Assembly: GCA_045106075.1 (NCBI GenBank) | Contig: JBGCEB010000014.1 | Span: 25,842-89,841 of the forward strand | Source: Phycisphaerales bacterium | GTDB taxonomy: Bacteria; Planctomycetota; Phycisphaerae; Phycisphaerales; UBA1924 | DNA: 64,000 nt | Direction of reading: 5' to 3' | Shown: in pieces, positions 1 through 8,964 of the stretch | Numbering within the stretch: position 1 is the first letter of the stretch | Layout of the letters: each line of letters begins with the position of its first letter | Notes under the pieces: generated by a model | What the model was told of the DNA's origin: nothing | What the model saw: the letters and a program-made list of their open reading frames with translations, nothing else | The model's database searches: none | Translations under genes and position numbers: made by a program

Positions 1-279
1 TTGAATGCCCACGTTGTTGCCCGCGGCAAATCCGCCGTTCACCGGCGATCGAACCACACGGGCCCATGAAGACCAACCCTTTGCATCAATCGCTGTTTCG
101 ACTTGATCCGCAGAATCATCGGGCGATGCGTTGTCTACCACTATCACATCGTGACGCCCGGCAATGACTTGGTCAGACATCGACTGAAGACAATCGATTA
201 CCATTCCGGGGGTCTTGTAGTTTAACACGACCACAGCGACATCATGGCGGGAGATCCGTTCAGAACTGCCATCGTTCAT
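1..279 (-). CDS. Glycosyltransferase family 2, N-terminal fragment (gene runs off the window start)
   Basis: Minus-strand translation from ATG 279: MNDGSSERISRHDVAVVVLNYKTPGMVIDCLQS...IVVDNASPDDS...NGGFAAGNNVGIQ, a typical GT2/GT-A N-terminus. Its ATG overlaps the TGA of the upstream GT1 gene (ATGA at 276-279). Absent from the ORF track because it is truncated by the window edge. Confidence 0.8.
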   Translation of the reverse strand, partial: MNDGSSERISRHDVAVVVLNYKTPGMVIDCLQSMSDQVIAGRHDVIVVDNASPDDSADQVETAIDAKGWSSWARVVRSPVNGGFAAGNNVGIQ

Positions 280-1412
280 GCCGCGCACCCCGAACGATCC
301 CGCAACCACCCAAAGATCGCTTGCTCAAGACGCTCGGCAGACTGGTCCCAATCGAACTCTGTTGCGATCTCGTAACTCGCCTCGCTCATTGCCCGCCAAT
401 CGTGGTCGTCTTGACGAAGAACCTTTTCAATCGCGTCAGCCATCGCTTTCGCATCACCCACATCGACAAGAAAACCATTCCGGCCTTCATGGATGTAATC
501 TTCTGGACCACCGCACCTCGTCGAGACCAACGGGCAGTGACCCGCAGCCGCCTCGAGCCCTGGCATTCCAAAGCCCTCCGATTGAGAGCACGTCAGCCAG
601 CAATCGCATGATTGGTACAGCGTCGGAATGAGTCCCTGTTCCGGACGAAGATGGAACTCGAAAGACTCAGGTAACACCCAATCCTCGGGCGGCTTCTTCG
701 GCGCGAACGCGATCACTCGGACGTTCGGAATGCGTGACTGCACCATTCGGATCGCTTCCAATCCGATATGGGTCTGCTTCACTTTCTGAGCACTCGCGAG
801 CAATCCGATGGTCGGGTGAGACTGCTTGCCCCGCGGTTTCGAATCAAACTGATCCCAGCGAATGCCGTTTGGTACCCGCACGATGTCGTTGTGCCCATAC
901 TGTCGCATGATCTTCTCGAGCCAACTGGATATCACCGCCCTTGGCCCGGGCAATCGATACGCTGCCTGGATCTCTGCTTCGTCACCCGCAAAGGTTTCGT
1001 GACCGCGGACCATGTGTAACTTGAGACCTTTGGAGTCAGGCCAACCCGCGACTTCTCGCCACACAGCCCACCAGCTTGCGATGGTCACATCCGCATCCGG
1101 GACCTGCGATGGATCAAGCGTCCGCGATGGCAGCTGGTTGATTGGAACCGCAGCCGATTCGAGATGGTGCTTAAACCGCCCGGGCTCGAAGTTTTTTCGT
1201 ATCCGTTTTGCGAATGTCCGCACCCGCCAGATGGGCGGATAGGCCGGGCTTGGGGGAAGGTGCGAGATGGTCACGGCGTGGCCTCTCCTGGCCATCGCTT
1301 CGGCGAGCAACCGGTTGGACTTCACGCCGCCCGAAAGAGACGGCCGCCCTTCTACCCAGTTGATGGTCAGTTTCCTGCTCACTCCCAACCCACTCCCGTC
1401 CCAAACGATCAT
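276..1412 (-). CDS. Glycosyltransferase family 1 (GT4-type, GT-B fold)
   Basis: C-terminal motif SQSEGFGMPGLEAAAGHCPLVSTRCGGPEDYIHEGRNGFLVD is the GT1 E-x7-E region. ATG at 1412 (MIVWDGSG...) is preferred over the TTG at 1418. Confidence 0.85.
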   Translation of the reverse strand: MIVWDGSGLGVSRKLTINWVEGRPSLSGGVKSNRLLAEAMARRGHAVTISHLPPSPAYPPIWRVRTFAKRIRKNFEPGRFKHHLESAAVPINQLPSRTLDPSQVPDADVTIASWWAVWREVAGWPDSKGLKLHMVRGHETFAGDEAEIQAAYRLPGPRAVISSWLEKIMRQYGHNDIVRVPNGIRWDQFDSKPRGKQSHPTIGLLASAQKVKQTHIGLEAIRMVQSRIPNVRVIAFAPKKPPEDWVLPESFEFHLRPEQGLIPTLYQSCDCWLTCSQSEGFGMPGLEAAAGHCPLVSTRCGGPEDYIHEGRNGFLVDVGDAKAMADAIEKVLRQDDHDWRAMSEASYEIATEFDWDQSAERLEQAIFGWLRDRSGCAA

Positions 1413-1729
1413 TCCCAATCAGAGGCACCTAGACGACATCCAAAAAAAAGAGCATTTCGGCCCAAGGGAGGAGAAATCCCCTGAAAGTGGTCGAGATCAC
1501 CCAGCATGAAGATCTATCGACCCGATATGAGTCTGGCGTTGACCAAGACAGGGATCCGCGTGCCTAGATTGACGAACGGTACTATTGCGGTCCGAAAACC
1601 GTGATACGTACGGTCTGAACGGGCGTGCCGGCTGCGGAAGATGGAGAATCTGGCTTGCACCCCCTCAGATCGATTGGCAGAGTCAGGATGGTACTCGCGA
1701 AAACGAGTCCCTCGCCGACGAACCGGAGG

Positions 1730-3358
1730 ATGGAGATCATGCACTCAGGACGAGCTATCACCACGACCCCTTCTCGACGACGCCATGCCGTCGTTGGCAT
1801 CGCTGCCTTGCTTGGGCTGGCCGGGATCGCTGGCCCCACAATGGCCGACGAACTCAATGCAGAAGGCTGGACCGTACTCCGCCCATCGCCTGATACACGG
1901 TTCGTTTTCGTTTCCTCTTCGGAAGGTGACGATCGAAACTCCGGCCGTTCACCCGCCAAAGCAGTCCGCTCGTTTGCCCGGGCCAAGGATCTCATGCGAG
2001 ATAACTCGGCCGACTGGATGCTGCTCAAAGAAGGTGATGTCTGGGAGACCGGACTCGGTACGTGGCGATTCTCAGGACGGTCGGAAGACGAACGTGTCGT
2101 GATCGCTTCCTATGGCGACGGTAACGCACGCCCGAAGCTCAGCCTGACGAATCAGACCGGCATTTCCGGTGCATATGGCCAAGATATCTCTCACGTCGCG
2201 ATCGTGGGCATCCACTTTGAAGCCAACCGCCAACCGGGCGACAGCAACCGCGGTATCAAATGGCAATCCGTCGGCGAAGGACTCCTTGTTGAAGACTGCG
2301 CCATCGATGGTTTCTTCAACAACGTTTCGATCGAAGGCCTAAACCAGGGCTTCGAGAATGCCAAGTTCCGCCGCAACATCATCACAGATGCCTGGTCCGT
2401 CTCAGGACATGCCCAAGGCTTTTACGCAGGCGATGTGACCGGGCTGCTGATGGAAGAAAACGTCATCGATCACAACGGATGGAACCCTGACATTGATGGT
2501 GCCGTCGCAACCACCTTCAAACAGAACGTTTACATCCAAACCAGCGTAAAAGACGTTGTGTTTCGAGGAAACATCTCGTCCAGATCCGCAGCAGCGGGTG
2601 TTCAAATGCGTGCCGGCGGCATCGCAGAGGACAATCTGTTCTACGCCAATCCAAAGTCACTGCGATTCGGATATCGCACACTTGATTGGCCAGAGGAATA
2701 CGCAACCGGCGCCATCCGAAACAATGTCGTCGTCGGTGGCCCCATCGCGATGGAAGTACCCGAAATCTTCGGAATCTGGACAGAGCGTCTCAGAGATGTT
2801 GTCATCGAGGGCAATGTGATCGCGAATGCAACGGGTGAAATCTATCCCATCGCGTTCACGATGGGTGCATTCGCTGAGAATGTGGAGATGTTCAACAACA
2901 CAACCTACGACTGGGTCAATGGTTCTCGAGGGGTTGCATTCAAGTTCACGGCTGTGACTGATGGACTGCCTGCAGGTACCGTGACGATCCGAGACAATCG
3001 CTGGGTGATGCCCGGAAGCGATCGCGTGGCCAGCGTGCGTGAACTGGGCATGATCGCGTTCTGGAACAACAAGTTCGAAGGAGTCTCCGCGACCGGGAGC
3101 ACTTTTAGTATCGAAGGCCAGAACGGCGACATGGCAGACTGGGTCGGTACCCCCAATGTCTCGGACGACGAGATCATCAATGTTGGGTTCATGGACAGCG
3201 GACGCGATTTAGGTAGCTACGCGGAGCACATTGGGCTCGCTGACGAAACCGCCTTTATTGAAGCAGCCCGCGCCATGAGTCGCGATAACTGGAATCCGGT
3301 ATTGACCGGATCGGTCGCCGCCGAGTGGATCCGGGCCGGATATGCCCCTGCAGACTAA
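1730..3358 (+). CDS. Secreted right-handed parallel beta-helix repeat protein with a Tat-like signal (possible polysaccharide lyase, hydrolase or epimerase)
   Basis: N-terminus MEIMHSGRAITTTPSRRRHAVVGIAALLGLAGIAGPTMA has a twin-arginine signal-like pattern. The body has repeated short G/N-rich turns (IVGIHFEAN, VEDCAIDGFFNNVSIEG, RRNIITDAW, MEENVIDHNGWN, FRGNISS) typical of pectate-lyase-like beta-helices. Start could be 1730 or 1739. Confidence 0.6.
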   Translation: MEIMHSGRAITTTPSRRRHAVVGIAALLGLAGIAGPTMADELNAEGWTVLRPSPDTRFVFVSSSEGDDRNSGRSPAKAVRSFARAKDLMRDNSADWMLLKEGDVWETGLGTWRFSGRSEDERVVIASYGDGNARPKLSLTNQTGISGAYGQDISHVAIVGIHFEANRQPGDSNRGIKWQSVGEGLLVEDCAIDGFFNNVSIEGLNQGFENAKFRRNIITDAWSVSGHAQGFYAGDVTGLLMEENVIDHNGWNPDIDGAVATTFKQNVYIQTSVKDVVFRGNISSRSAAAGVQMRAGGIAEDNLFYANPKSLRFGYRTLDWPEEYATGAIRNNVVVGGPIAMEVPEIFGIWTERLRDVVIEGNVIANATGEIYPIAFTMGAFAENVEMFNNTTYDWVNGSRGVAFKFTAVTDGLPAGTVTIRDNRWVMPGSDRVASVRELGMIAFWNNKFEGVSATGSTFSIEGQNGDMADWVGTPNVSDDEIINVGFMDSGRDLGSYAEHIGLADETAFIEAARAMSRDNWNPVLTGSVAAEWIRAGYAPAD

Positions 3359-3443
3359 CACCACCGGGGCTGATTGCCGATAGGATAGAGATGGCGGGCG
3401 TGTCCGGTGGACGCGCCCGTTGTCGTTTCCGCTCGGAGCCCCC

Positions 3444-4829
3444 ATGGCAGCCAACAATTCTGCTCCAAAGGTGACAAAGAAACGGGCTGCACTTGGCAGT
3501 GTCTGGGTGCTCTCAGAGTTCGGCGCCGACCAAGCAATCCGTATGGCGCGAAGCTTGTTGTTGACGCGACTCATCTCAAAGGAGCTCTATGGGCTTCTTG
3601 GACTGACCGCCATTGTCATTGACCTTATCTCGAACCTATCCGACGTTGGTATCAACCTCTCGATCATCCGCCAACGCCGGGCCGACGAGCGAGATTTCGT
3701 CAACACCGCTTGGACTCTTTCGCTTGTGCGTGGCGTCGCGGTCTGGCTCGTCGCGTCACTGGTCGCATTCCCAGCGGCACTCTTTTACGACGAACCCAAA
3801 CTCGCATTGGCGGTCCCGCTCCTTGCGTTCAGCGCCATCTTGACCGGAGCCTGGTCCACCAAGATCTCAACCGCCAATCGGGATCTCAACTTCGCCCGCA
3901 TCACGTTCATGAAGATTCTCTGCAAGTCGCTCGGACTTGCGGCAACGATCACTTGGGCTCTTAATGCGCCCGATCATCTTGGCGTCATCTTGGTCGGGCC
4001 GCTCCTGACGGCTGTTCTCATCTTGATCTGTTCGTTCGTGGTGCTGCCGGGCCCAAACAACTTTTTCGCATGGGACAAGGACAGCCTGAATGAGCTTGTC
4101 CGATTCGGCCGCTGGATCTTACTGAGCACCCTCATGACGTTTTTCCTGCGGAAAGGCGATCTCTTGACGGTGGGCAAACTGGAAGGAACGGCTGCCCTCG
4201 CAACGTACACCGTCGCCTATCAGCTCGGCGAAATGGCACCGCGTGCGTATCAGTTGCTGAACTCTCGGATCGTGTTCCCGGTGTACTCCGCGTTTCAAGA
4301 TGAATCAGTCAAAGCACTTCGCCGCAAGGTATTCAAGCTGCGTGGCGTACTGATGATTTTGTTCCTCCCGTTAAGCTGGCTGCTGATTCTCTTTGGCTCA
4401 CCACTGGTGAGGCTGTTGTACCCCGAAAACTACTCGGATGCGGGCTGGATGCTCGAGTTGTTCGTCGCCGGACGATGCCCACGCCTGATCACCGCAAGCA
4501 TGGCCGGCATACTGCTTGCCAAAGGCAACTCGTTCCGGTTCATGATCCAGAAAACCGTTGGTGGCGCCCTGGTCCTGACCTGCATGGGACTTGGCGCGTG
4601 GATTGGTGCGAATCAATATGGACCACCGGGGCTTTGGTCTCAGATGGGAACAGACAACAGCCAGATCGCCGGTCTCTTGATTGGCATGGGCGCTGGATAC
4701 CTTCTCACGTACCCGCTGACGGTCTGGGCGGTCAGGGGCTACAGCATTTGGATGCCACGTCTCGACATGCCGTTCTTTCTCGGGACGGCCGGTGTGCTCG
4801 CGATCCGTTACACGCTCCTCCCGTGGTAA
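3444..4829 (+). CDS. Polysaccharide biosynthesis protein / Wzx-like flippase (MOP superfamily)
   Basis: About 460 aa and strongly hydrophobic, with many predicted TM helices. The N-terminus (...QAIRMARSLLLTRLISKELYGLLGL...) resembles the Wzx/polysacc_synt family. GGAG lies 5 nt before ATG 3444. Sits in an EPS locus. Confidence 0.7.
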   Translation: MAANNSAPKVTKKRAALGSVWVLSEFGADQAIRMARSLLLTRLISKELYGLLGLTAIVIDLISNLSDVGINLSIIRQRRADERDFVNTAWTLSLVRGVAVWLVASLVAFPAALFYDEPKLALAVPLLAFSAILTGAWSTKISTANRDLNFARITFMKILCKSLGLAATITWALNAPDHLGVILVGPLLTAVLILICSFVVLPGPNNFFAWDKDSLNELVRFGRWILLSTLMTFFLRKGDLLTVGKLEGTAALATYTVAYQLGEMAPRAYQLLNSRIVFPVYSAFQDESVKALRRKVFKLRGVLMILFLPLSWLLILFGSPLVRLLYPENYSDAGWMLELFVAGRCPRLITASMAGILLAKGNSFRFMIQKTVGGALVLTCMGLGAWIGANQYGPPGLWSQMGTDNSQIAGLLIGMGAGYLLTYPLTVWAVRGYSIWMPRLDMPFFLGTAGVLAIRYTLLPW

Positions 4830-5020
4830 CGGCACACGAATCCCGTGGATCTGCCCAACTCGGGCACAAAAAGCTCGCGACAGCATTGGGCAGAACGGAG
4901 TGATCGGCCGATGATTGAGCAGATGAGCCAGACCCTGCAAACACCCTCTTCAAAGCCCGCTCGCTCGGCCCAGGGCACTGGCCCTGCTCGACAGGGCGAC
5001 TTGCAAAAGGTCTGTGCCAA

Positions 5021-6424
5021 ATGAACGTGCTCGGCGTTGCGATTCTGGTCTTGTTCATCCTCGGCGGCGCCACCGCCTTTGCGTTCGTGCGAGGCATCCG
5101 CGGCATCACTCTGATCGTTGCCCTCGGCTGGCTGATTGTCTCTCCCCGTGCGTTCATACCACTGAGCGGCCTGCCCGAACTGACCAAAGACGTTGGCGTG
5201 AGCTATGCGATCCTGATCGGGCTGGTGGTTGTCCGGTCGGATCTCTTGCGAAACTTTCGGTTTCAATCACTCGATCTATTCATGCTCGGCTGGATAGGCG
5301 CTCCATTCATCAGCTCGATCGCCAACGGGCTTGGATTGTGGGACGCGTGTTCGGAACTCTATGAGCGGTTCTTTATCTGGGGAGTTCCTTACCTCGCCGG
5401 TCGAATCGGGGTGCGCAGCCTCCGCGATGTGCGAGAATGTGCGATCGGCGTGATCATCGCCGGGTTGATTGCAGCACCACTCTGCTTGATCGAAATTCGG
5501 TTGAGCCCGCAGATCCATCGTTGGATTTACGGCGTTCACCCGGCACCATTTCATATGTCGATGCGCCTGGGCGGGTACCGCCCAATGCTCTCGTTTCGAC
5601 ACGGGATCGAAGTCGGAACTTGGATGGCGTGCGCTTCGATCGTCGCAGCATGGTTTGGATTGATCGCTGGGCGCGATCGGCTGTTCTCCGTTCCCATGCG
5701 AGCCCATGGGGTCATACTCTTTGTGGTGACGGTCATGTGTCGATCATTGGGCACACTCGCATTGCTGTTCGGATCGATTGCCGTGTTGCTGTTCACGCGT
5801 GCATCGCGGATGAAAATCGCGATCCTGCTCTTAGTCCTTGCCACCCCAACGTACATCGGACTTAGAACAACGGGCATCTGGAGTCCGGACATGATCGCCG
5901 ACGTCGTCGAGACGTTTATCGATGGTGATCGCGCAGACTCCATGCGAGCCCGAACGTTCCAAGAAGATGAGATGGGCGCCAAAGCCAGCCAAAGACGATT
6001 CTTCGGCTGGGGTGGGCACAACCGATTCAGAGTCTTTGATGACTACGGCGAAGCCACAACACCAATCGATGCGCTCTGGCTCATCGCATATGGAAAGAAC
6101 GGGCTTCTTGGACTCATCGGGCTCTATGGCATGCTGTGCGCCCCCGCGTTCCTCATCGTTCGAAGGACGCCCGCCAAGCTGCTTTTACATCCAAACATGG
6201 CCGGTGTTGTCGGGCTGATCCTCGCATTGATGATCGCAACTGGAGACTCTCTGCAGAACGCGTTTTTCTCGCCGCTCATGATGATGTCCGCGGGCGTGCT
6301 CGTCACCACAGCCACTTCGCTACGATCTTGGCTGCCATCGCCAAACAGAGTTTCTCAATCGCCCGCCACCGCGCAACCAAACCAGGCCAACACGTCCGTA
6401 CTCATGCCGAGGACCACACCGTGA
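5021..6424 (+). CDS. O-antigen ligase / Wzy-like polymerase family membrane protein
   Basis: Polytopic membrane protein with a large loop containing ...RRFFGWGGHNRFRVFDDYGEATTPIDALWLIAYGKNGLLGLIGLYGML..., resembling the Wzy_C/O-antigen ligase signature region. Sits in an EPS locus. Confidence 0.6.
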   Translation: MNVLGVAILVLFILGGATAFAFVRGIRGITLIVALGWLIVSPRAFIPLSGLPELTKDVGVSYAILIGLVVVRSDLLRNFRFQSLDLFMLGWIGAPFISSIANGLGLWDACSELYERFFIWGVPYLAGRIGVRSLRDVRECAIGVIIAGLIAAPLCLIEIRLSPQIHRWIYGVHPAPFHMSMRLGGYRPMLSFRHGIEVGTWMACASIVAAWFGLIAGRDRLFSVPMRAHGVILFVVTVMCRSLGTLALLFGSIAVLLFTRASRMKIAILLLVLATPTYIGLRTTGIWSPDMIADVVETFIDGDRADSMRARTFQEDEMGAKASQRRFFGWGGHNRFRVFDDYGEATTPIDALWLIAYGKNGLLGLIGLYGMLCAPAFLIVRRTPAKLLLHPNMAGVVGLILALMIATGDSLQNAFFSPLMMMSAGVLVTTATSLRSWLPSPNRVSQSPATAQPNQANTSVLMPRTTP

Positions 6425-6915
6425 ATGTACAATCTCCCCCACGATTCGAGGGTTCGATCGCGGACGCATTCGAGCTCGCCAAACGCGAACTCGAACCGGT
6501 ATTCGTCCCCGCAGTTCACTTCGCAGATGACCGCGGCTGGTCGCTCATGAACCAACTCCAAGGCGTGATGTCTTCCGAAGGACAAGTCAACTTCTCAGTG
6601 CAATATCCCGGTGTCGTCAAAGCCTGGCATCGTCACACCAAACAAACCGATTTCTGGATGTGCCTGCTCGGACACATCAAGGTGGGCGTGCACGACCAAG
6701 ATTCAGGGAGAGCTTGGTCGATCGTCATTGGCGAAAAGCGACCCGGCATCGTCGTGATCCCCCCACCACTGTGGCATGGTGCAGCCACCGTCGGCGACTC
6801 GCAAGCTGGCCTGCTCTACTACGTCACGCATGCATACGACCCCGCGACGCCAGACGAAGAACGGACTGCTCCGGACGCATTCGCTGGGTTCCCCTGGCAG
6901 GTTGAGCACAAGTGA
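6421..6915 (+). CDS. dTDP-4-dehydrorhamnose 3,5-epimerase-like cupin (RmlC-related)
   Basis: Cupin core FSVQYPGVVKAWHRHTKQTDFWMCLLGHIKVGVHD...IVVIPPPLWHGAATVGD...YYVTHAYDP. A GTG start at 6421 overlaps the stop of the previous gene (GTGA). The ORF-track extension back to 6136 lies inside the Wzy-like gene. Confidence 0.65.
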   Translation: MNVQSPPRFEGSIADAFELAKRELEPVFVPAVHFADDRGWSLMNQLQGVMSSEGQVNFSVQYPGVVKAWHRHTKQTDFWMCLLGHIKVGVHDQDSGRAWSIVIGEKRPGIVVIPPPLWHGAATVGDSQAGLLYYVTHAYDPATPDEERTAPDAFAGFPWQVEHK

Positions 6916-7799
6916 GCGGGCAGGCAACGCAATCCGTCATCGCTCGTCGTCCGATGCCAACGCGTGCATTGGTACTCGGAGCGACTGGCATGGTCGGGAG
7001 ATCATGGACTGGTCTTCTGACCGCGCACGGCATTCCGTTCGATGCAGCTTCCCGCCCAGAGATTGATCTCCAACGACACGATAGCCTCGCACATGCGATA
7101 CGCCCAGAACATGATTTGGTGGTTAACGCTGCAGCTTGGACAGATGTTGACAGCGCCGAAACGGAGGAACCTCGCGCTATCAACGCGAACGGCGAAGCCG
7201 TGCGTGCGATCGCAAGCCGGTGCAAAGAGCTTCAAGCGACGCTGATTCACTACAGCACCGATTACGTCTTTGCTGGCGATGGTAAAAACCCGTATCCAAT
7301 CGAATCGCCGATTGCCCCGGTGAACGCGTACGGCAGATCTAAAGCACGCGGAGAAGCCGCACTGCACGAGTCTGGATCTGATCACATCCTGATTCGCACA
7401 AGCTGGGTCTATGCGCCGTGGGGCAAGAACTTCGTGAGAACGATCGCGACGCTCGCCGCAAATCGTGACAGCCTCCGTGTCGTGAACGACCAACGCGGGC
7501 GTCCTACGTCTGCAGAACACTTGGCATCGACTTCACTCGCGATGTATCTGGCCGGCGCGCAAGGCACCTGGCACGCGACCGACGGTGGTGAGTGCACTTG
7601 GCATGAACTCGCGACCGAGATTGTCCGCTTACTAAACTTTCCGTGCGATGTACAACCGTGCACAAGCGACGAGTATCCGCGGCTGGCAACGCGACCGGCG
7701 TACAGCGTTCTTGATCTGACCAAGACCGACGTCTTGGTTGGTCCGCGCACTGACTGGCAAGACGCTGTACACCGAGTGATTGAACGACTCGAACGCTGA
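6912..7799 (+). CDS. rfbD: dTDP-4-dehydrorhamnose reductase
   Basis: LVLGATGMVGRSW (Rossmann), YSTDYVFAGDGKNPY, NAYGRSKARGE (YxxxK), LIRTSWVYAPWGKNFVRT. The GTG start overlaps the upstream stop (GTGA). Confidence 0.9.
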   Translation: MSGQATQSVIARRPMPTRALVLGATGMVGRSWTGLLTAHGIPFDAASRPEIDLQRHDSLAHAIRPEHDLVVNAAAWTDVDSAETEEPRAINANGEAVRAIASRCKELQATLIHYSTDYVFAGDGKNPYPIESPIAPVNAYGRSKARGEAALHESGSDHILIRTSWVYAPWGKNFVRTIATLAANRDSLRVVNDQRGRPTSAEHLASTSLAMYLAGAQGTWHATDGGECTWHELATEIVRLLNFPCDVQPCTSDEYPRLATRPAYSVLDLTKTDVLVGPRTDWQDAVHRVIERLER

Positions 7800-7860
7800 A
7801 TCGCAGAACAATCGCGACCAGTCTGGGCTCTTGCTGAACATACCGAGAAAACAAAAACAA

Positions 7861-7886
7861 CACGGGGGAGCCGAAGCTCCCCCGTG
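7861..7886 (-). terminator. Rho-independent terminator of the PEP-CTERM gene, between convergent genes
   Basis: Perfect 11-bp stem cacgggggagc/gctcccccgtg with loop cgaa. On the minus strand it is followed by ttgtttttgtttt. Confidence 0.75.
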
Positions 7887-7913
7887 CATAAGAATCAGGA
7901 TCGTGCTGCGGTC

Positions 7914-8600
7914 TTAGCGACGACGCAGACGGGCACCGGCGAGGCCGCCGAGCATTGCGAGACCGGCCAGAGCGGCGGTCGGCAGGGGAACGATGTACAG
8001 CTGGTCCTGTGCGTCGGGGTTCGACATTGCACGGAGGTTCTGCACGCGAGCGTTGGGATCAGCTGCTGCTGCGGCTTCGAGGGTTGCCATCGAAGCGATC
8101 ACACCGCCGGTGTTACCTTCGACGGTCGAGCCATCAAAGAGCACCTTCCAGATCATGCCCTGGATCGCGGCCAACTCGTTCTGCGAAGCGGTGCCGAGCG
8201 AGAGGTCGCTGTTGAGCCAGCCGAGGCTGATGGCTGCAGCCATCACCGCGTGAACTTCTTGCTCGTCGGAGCTGCCATAAGGCATACCGCCGTTGCTGGA
8301 TGCGGGGTTGGGCGCGTCCGAGATGCTGCGGATGTCCCACGGCTCTGGGTTGCGGCTCACCTGCTGCAGTTCGATGCAGAAGGTGAAGAAGGTGTTGTTG
8401 CGGAACTGACCGACCGCGTTGGTCGGGATTGGGCCGCTGTAGGTGTACTCCATGTGTCCAGCGTTCTGAGCGACGCCGTCGATCAAGATCGACTGGTTGC
8501 GACCATGGATGTCTTCGAACTCGGCCATGAAGTCAGCCGCTGTGGCTGCTCCTGCCGAAGCCGCGAGCGCAAGAAGCGCCATCTTCGATACGTTGTTCAT
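7914..8600 (-). CDS. PEP-CTERM (VPLP-type) sorting-signal protein, 228 aa, with thioester-domain-like Cys/Gln motifs
   Basis: Signal peptide MNNVSKMALLALAASAGAATA. C-terminus ...LYIVPLPTAALAGLAMLGGLAGARLRRR (motif, TM helix, Arg cluster). GAGAGGA precedes ATG 8600. Internal FCIE and AIQGMIW motifs (see findings). Confidence 0.85.
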   Translation of the reverse strand: MNNVSKMALLALAASAGAATAADFMAEFEDIHGRNQSILIDGVAQNAGHMEYTYSGPIPTNAVGQFRNNTFFTFCIELQQVSRNPEPWDIRSISDAPNPASSNGGMPYGSSDEQEVHAVMAAAISLGWLNSDLSLGTASQNELAAIQGMIWKVLFDGSTVEGNTGGVIASMATLEAAAAADPNARVQNLRAMSNPDAQDQLYIVPLPTAALAGLAMLGGLAGARLRRR

Positions 8601-8964
8601 TGCAAATTCCTCTCTACAGATTTCGAAACCTGGAAGCGATCCTGACCATGCCTGACGCTCCACTCGGGGTCGTCCCCACCCCATTGAGGGTGCCGCATGC
8701 TCTCCACCTTCCCCATGGAGAGTTCAACTCGACTGTCATGCCGGAAACATCCGGACTTTCTCCAACCACTCCGTAAGCGGAACGCTTACAGCATGATCAC
8801 ACGAGATTGGGACATTTCTCCCCCGATCCCGTGATAAGCATACCTCGCAGGGTGTTGAAGTCGAGTAAAAACACCTGATCAAACGTGTTTCTAACACGTG
8901 AAAGTCCAATAATCCTTATGAAACCCGAACAGAAAAATGGTGAATACTACCTGATTACGGGGAT

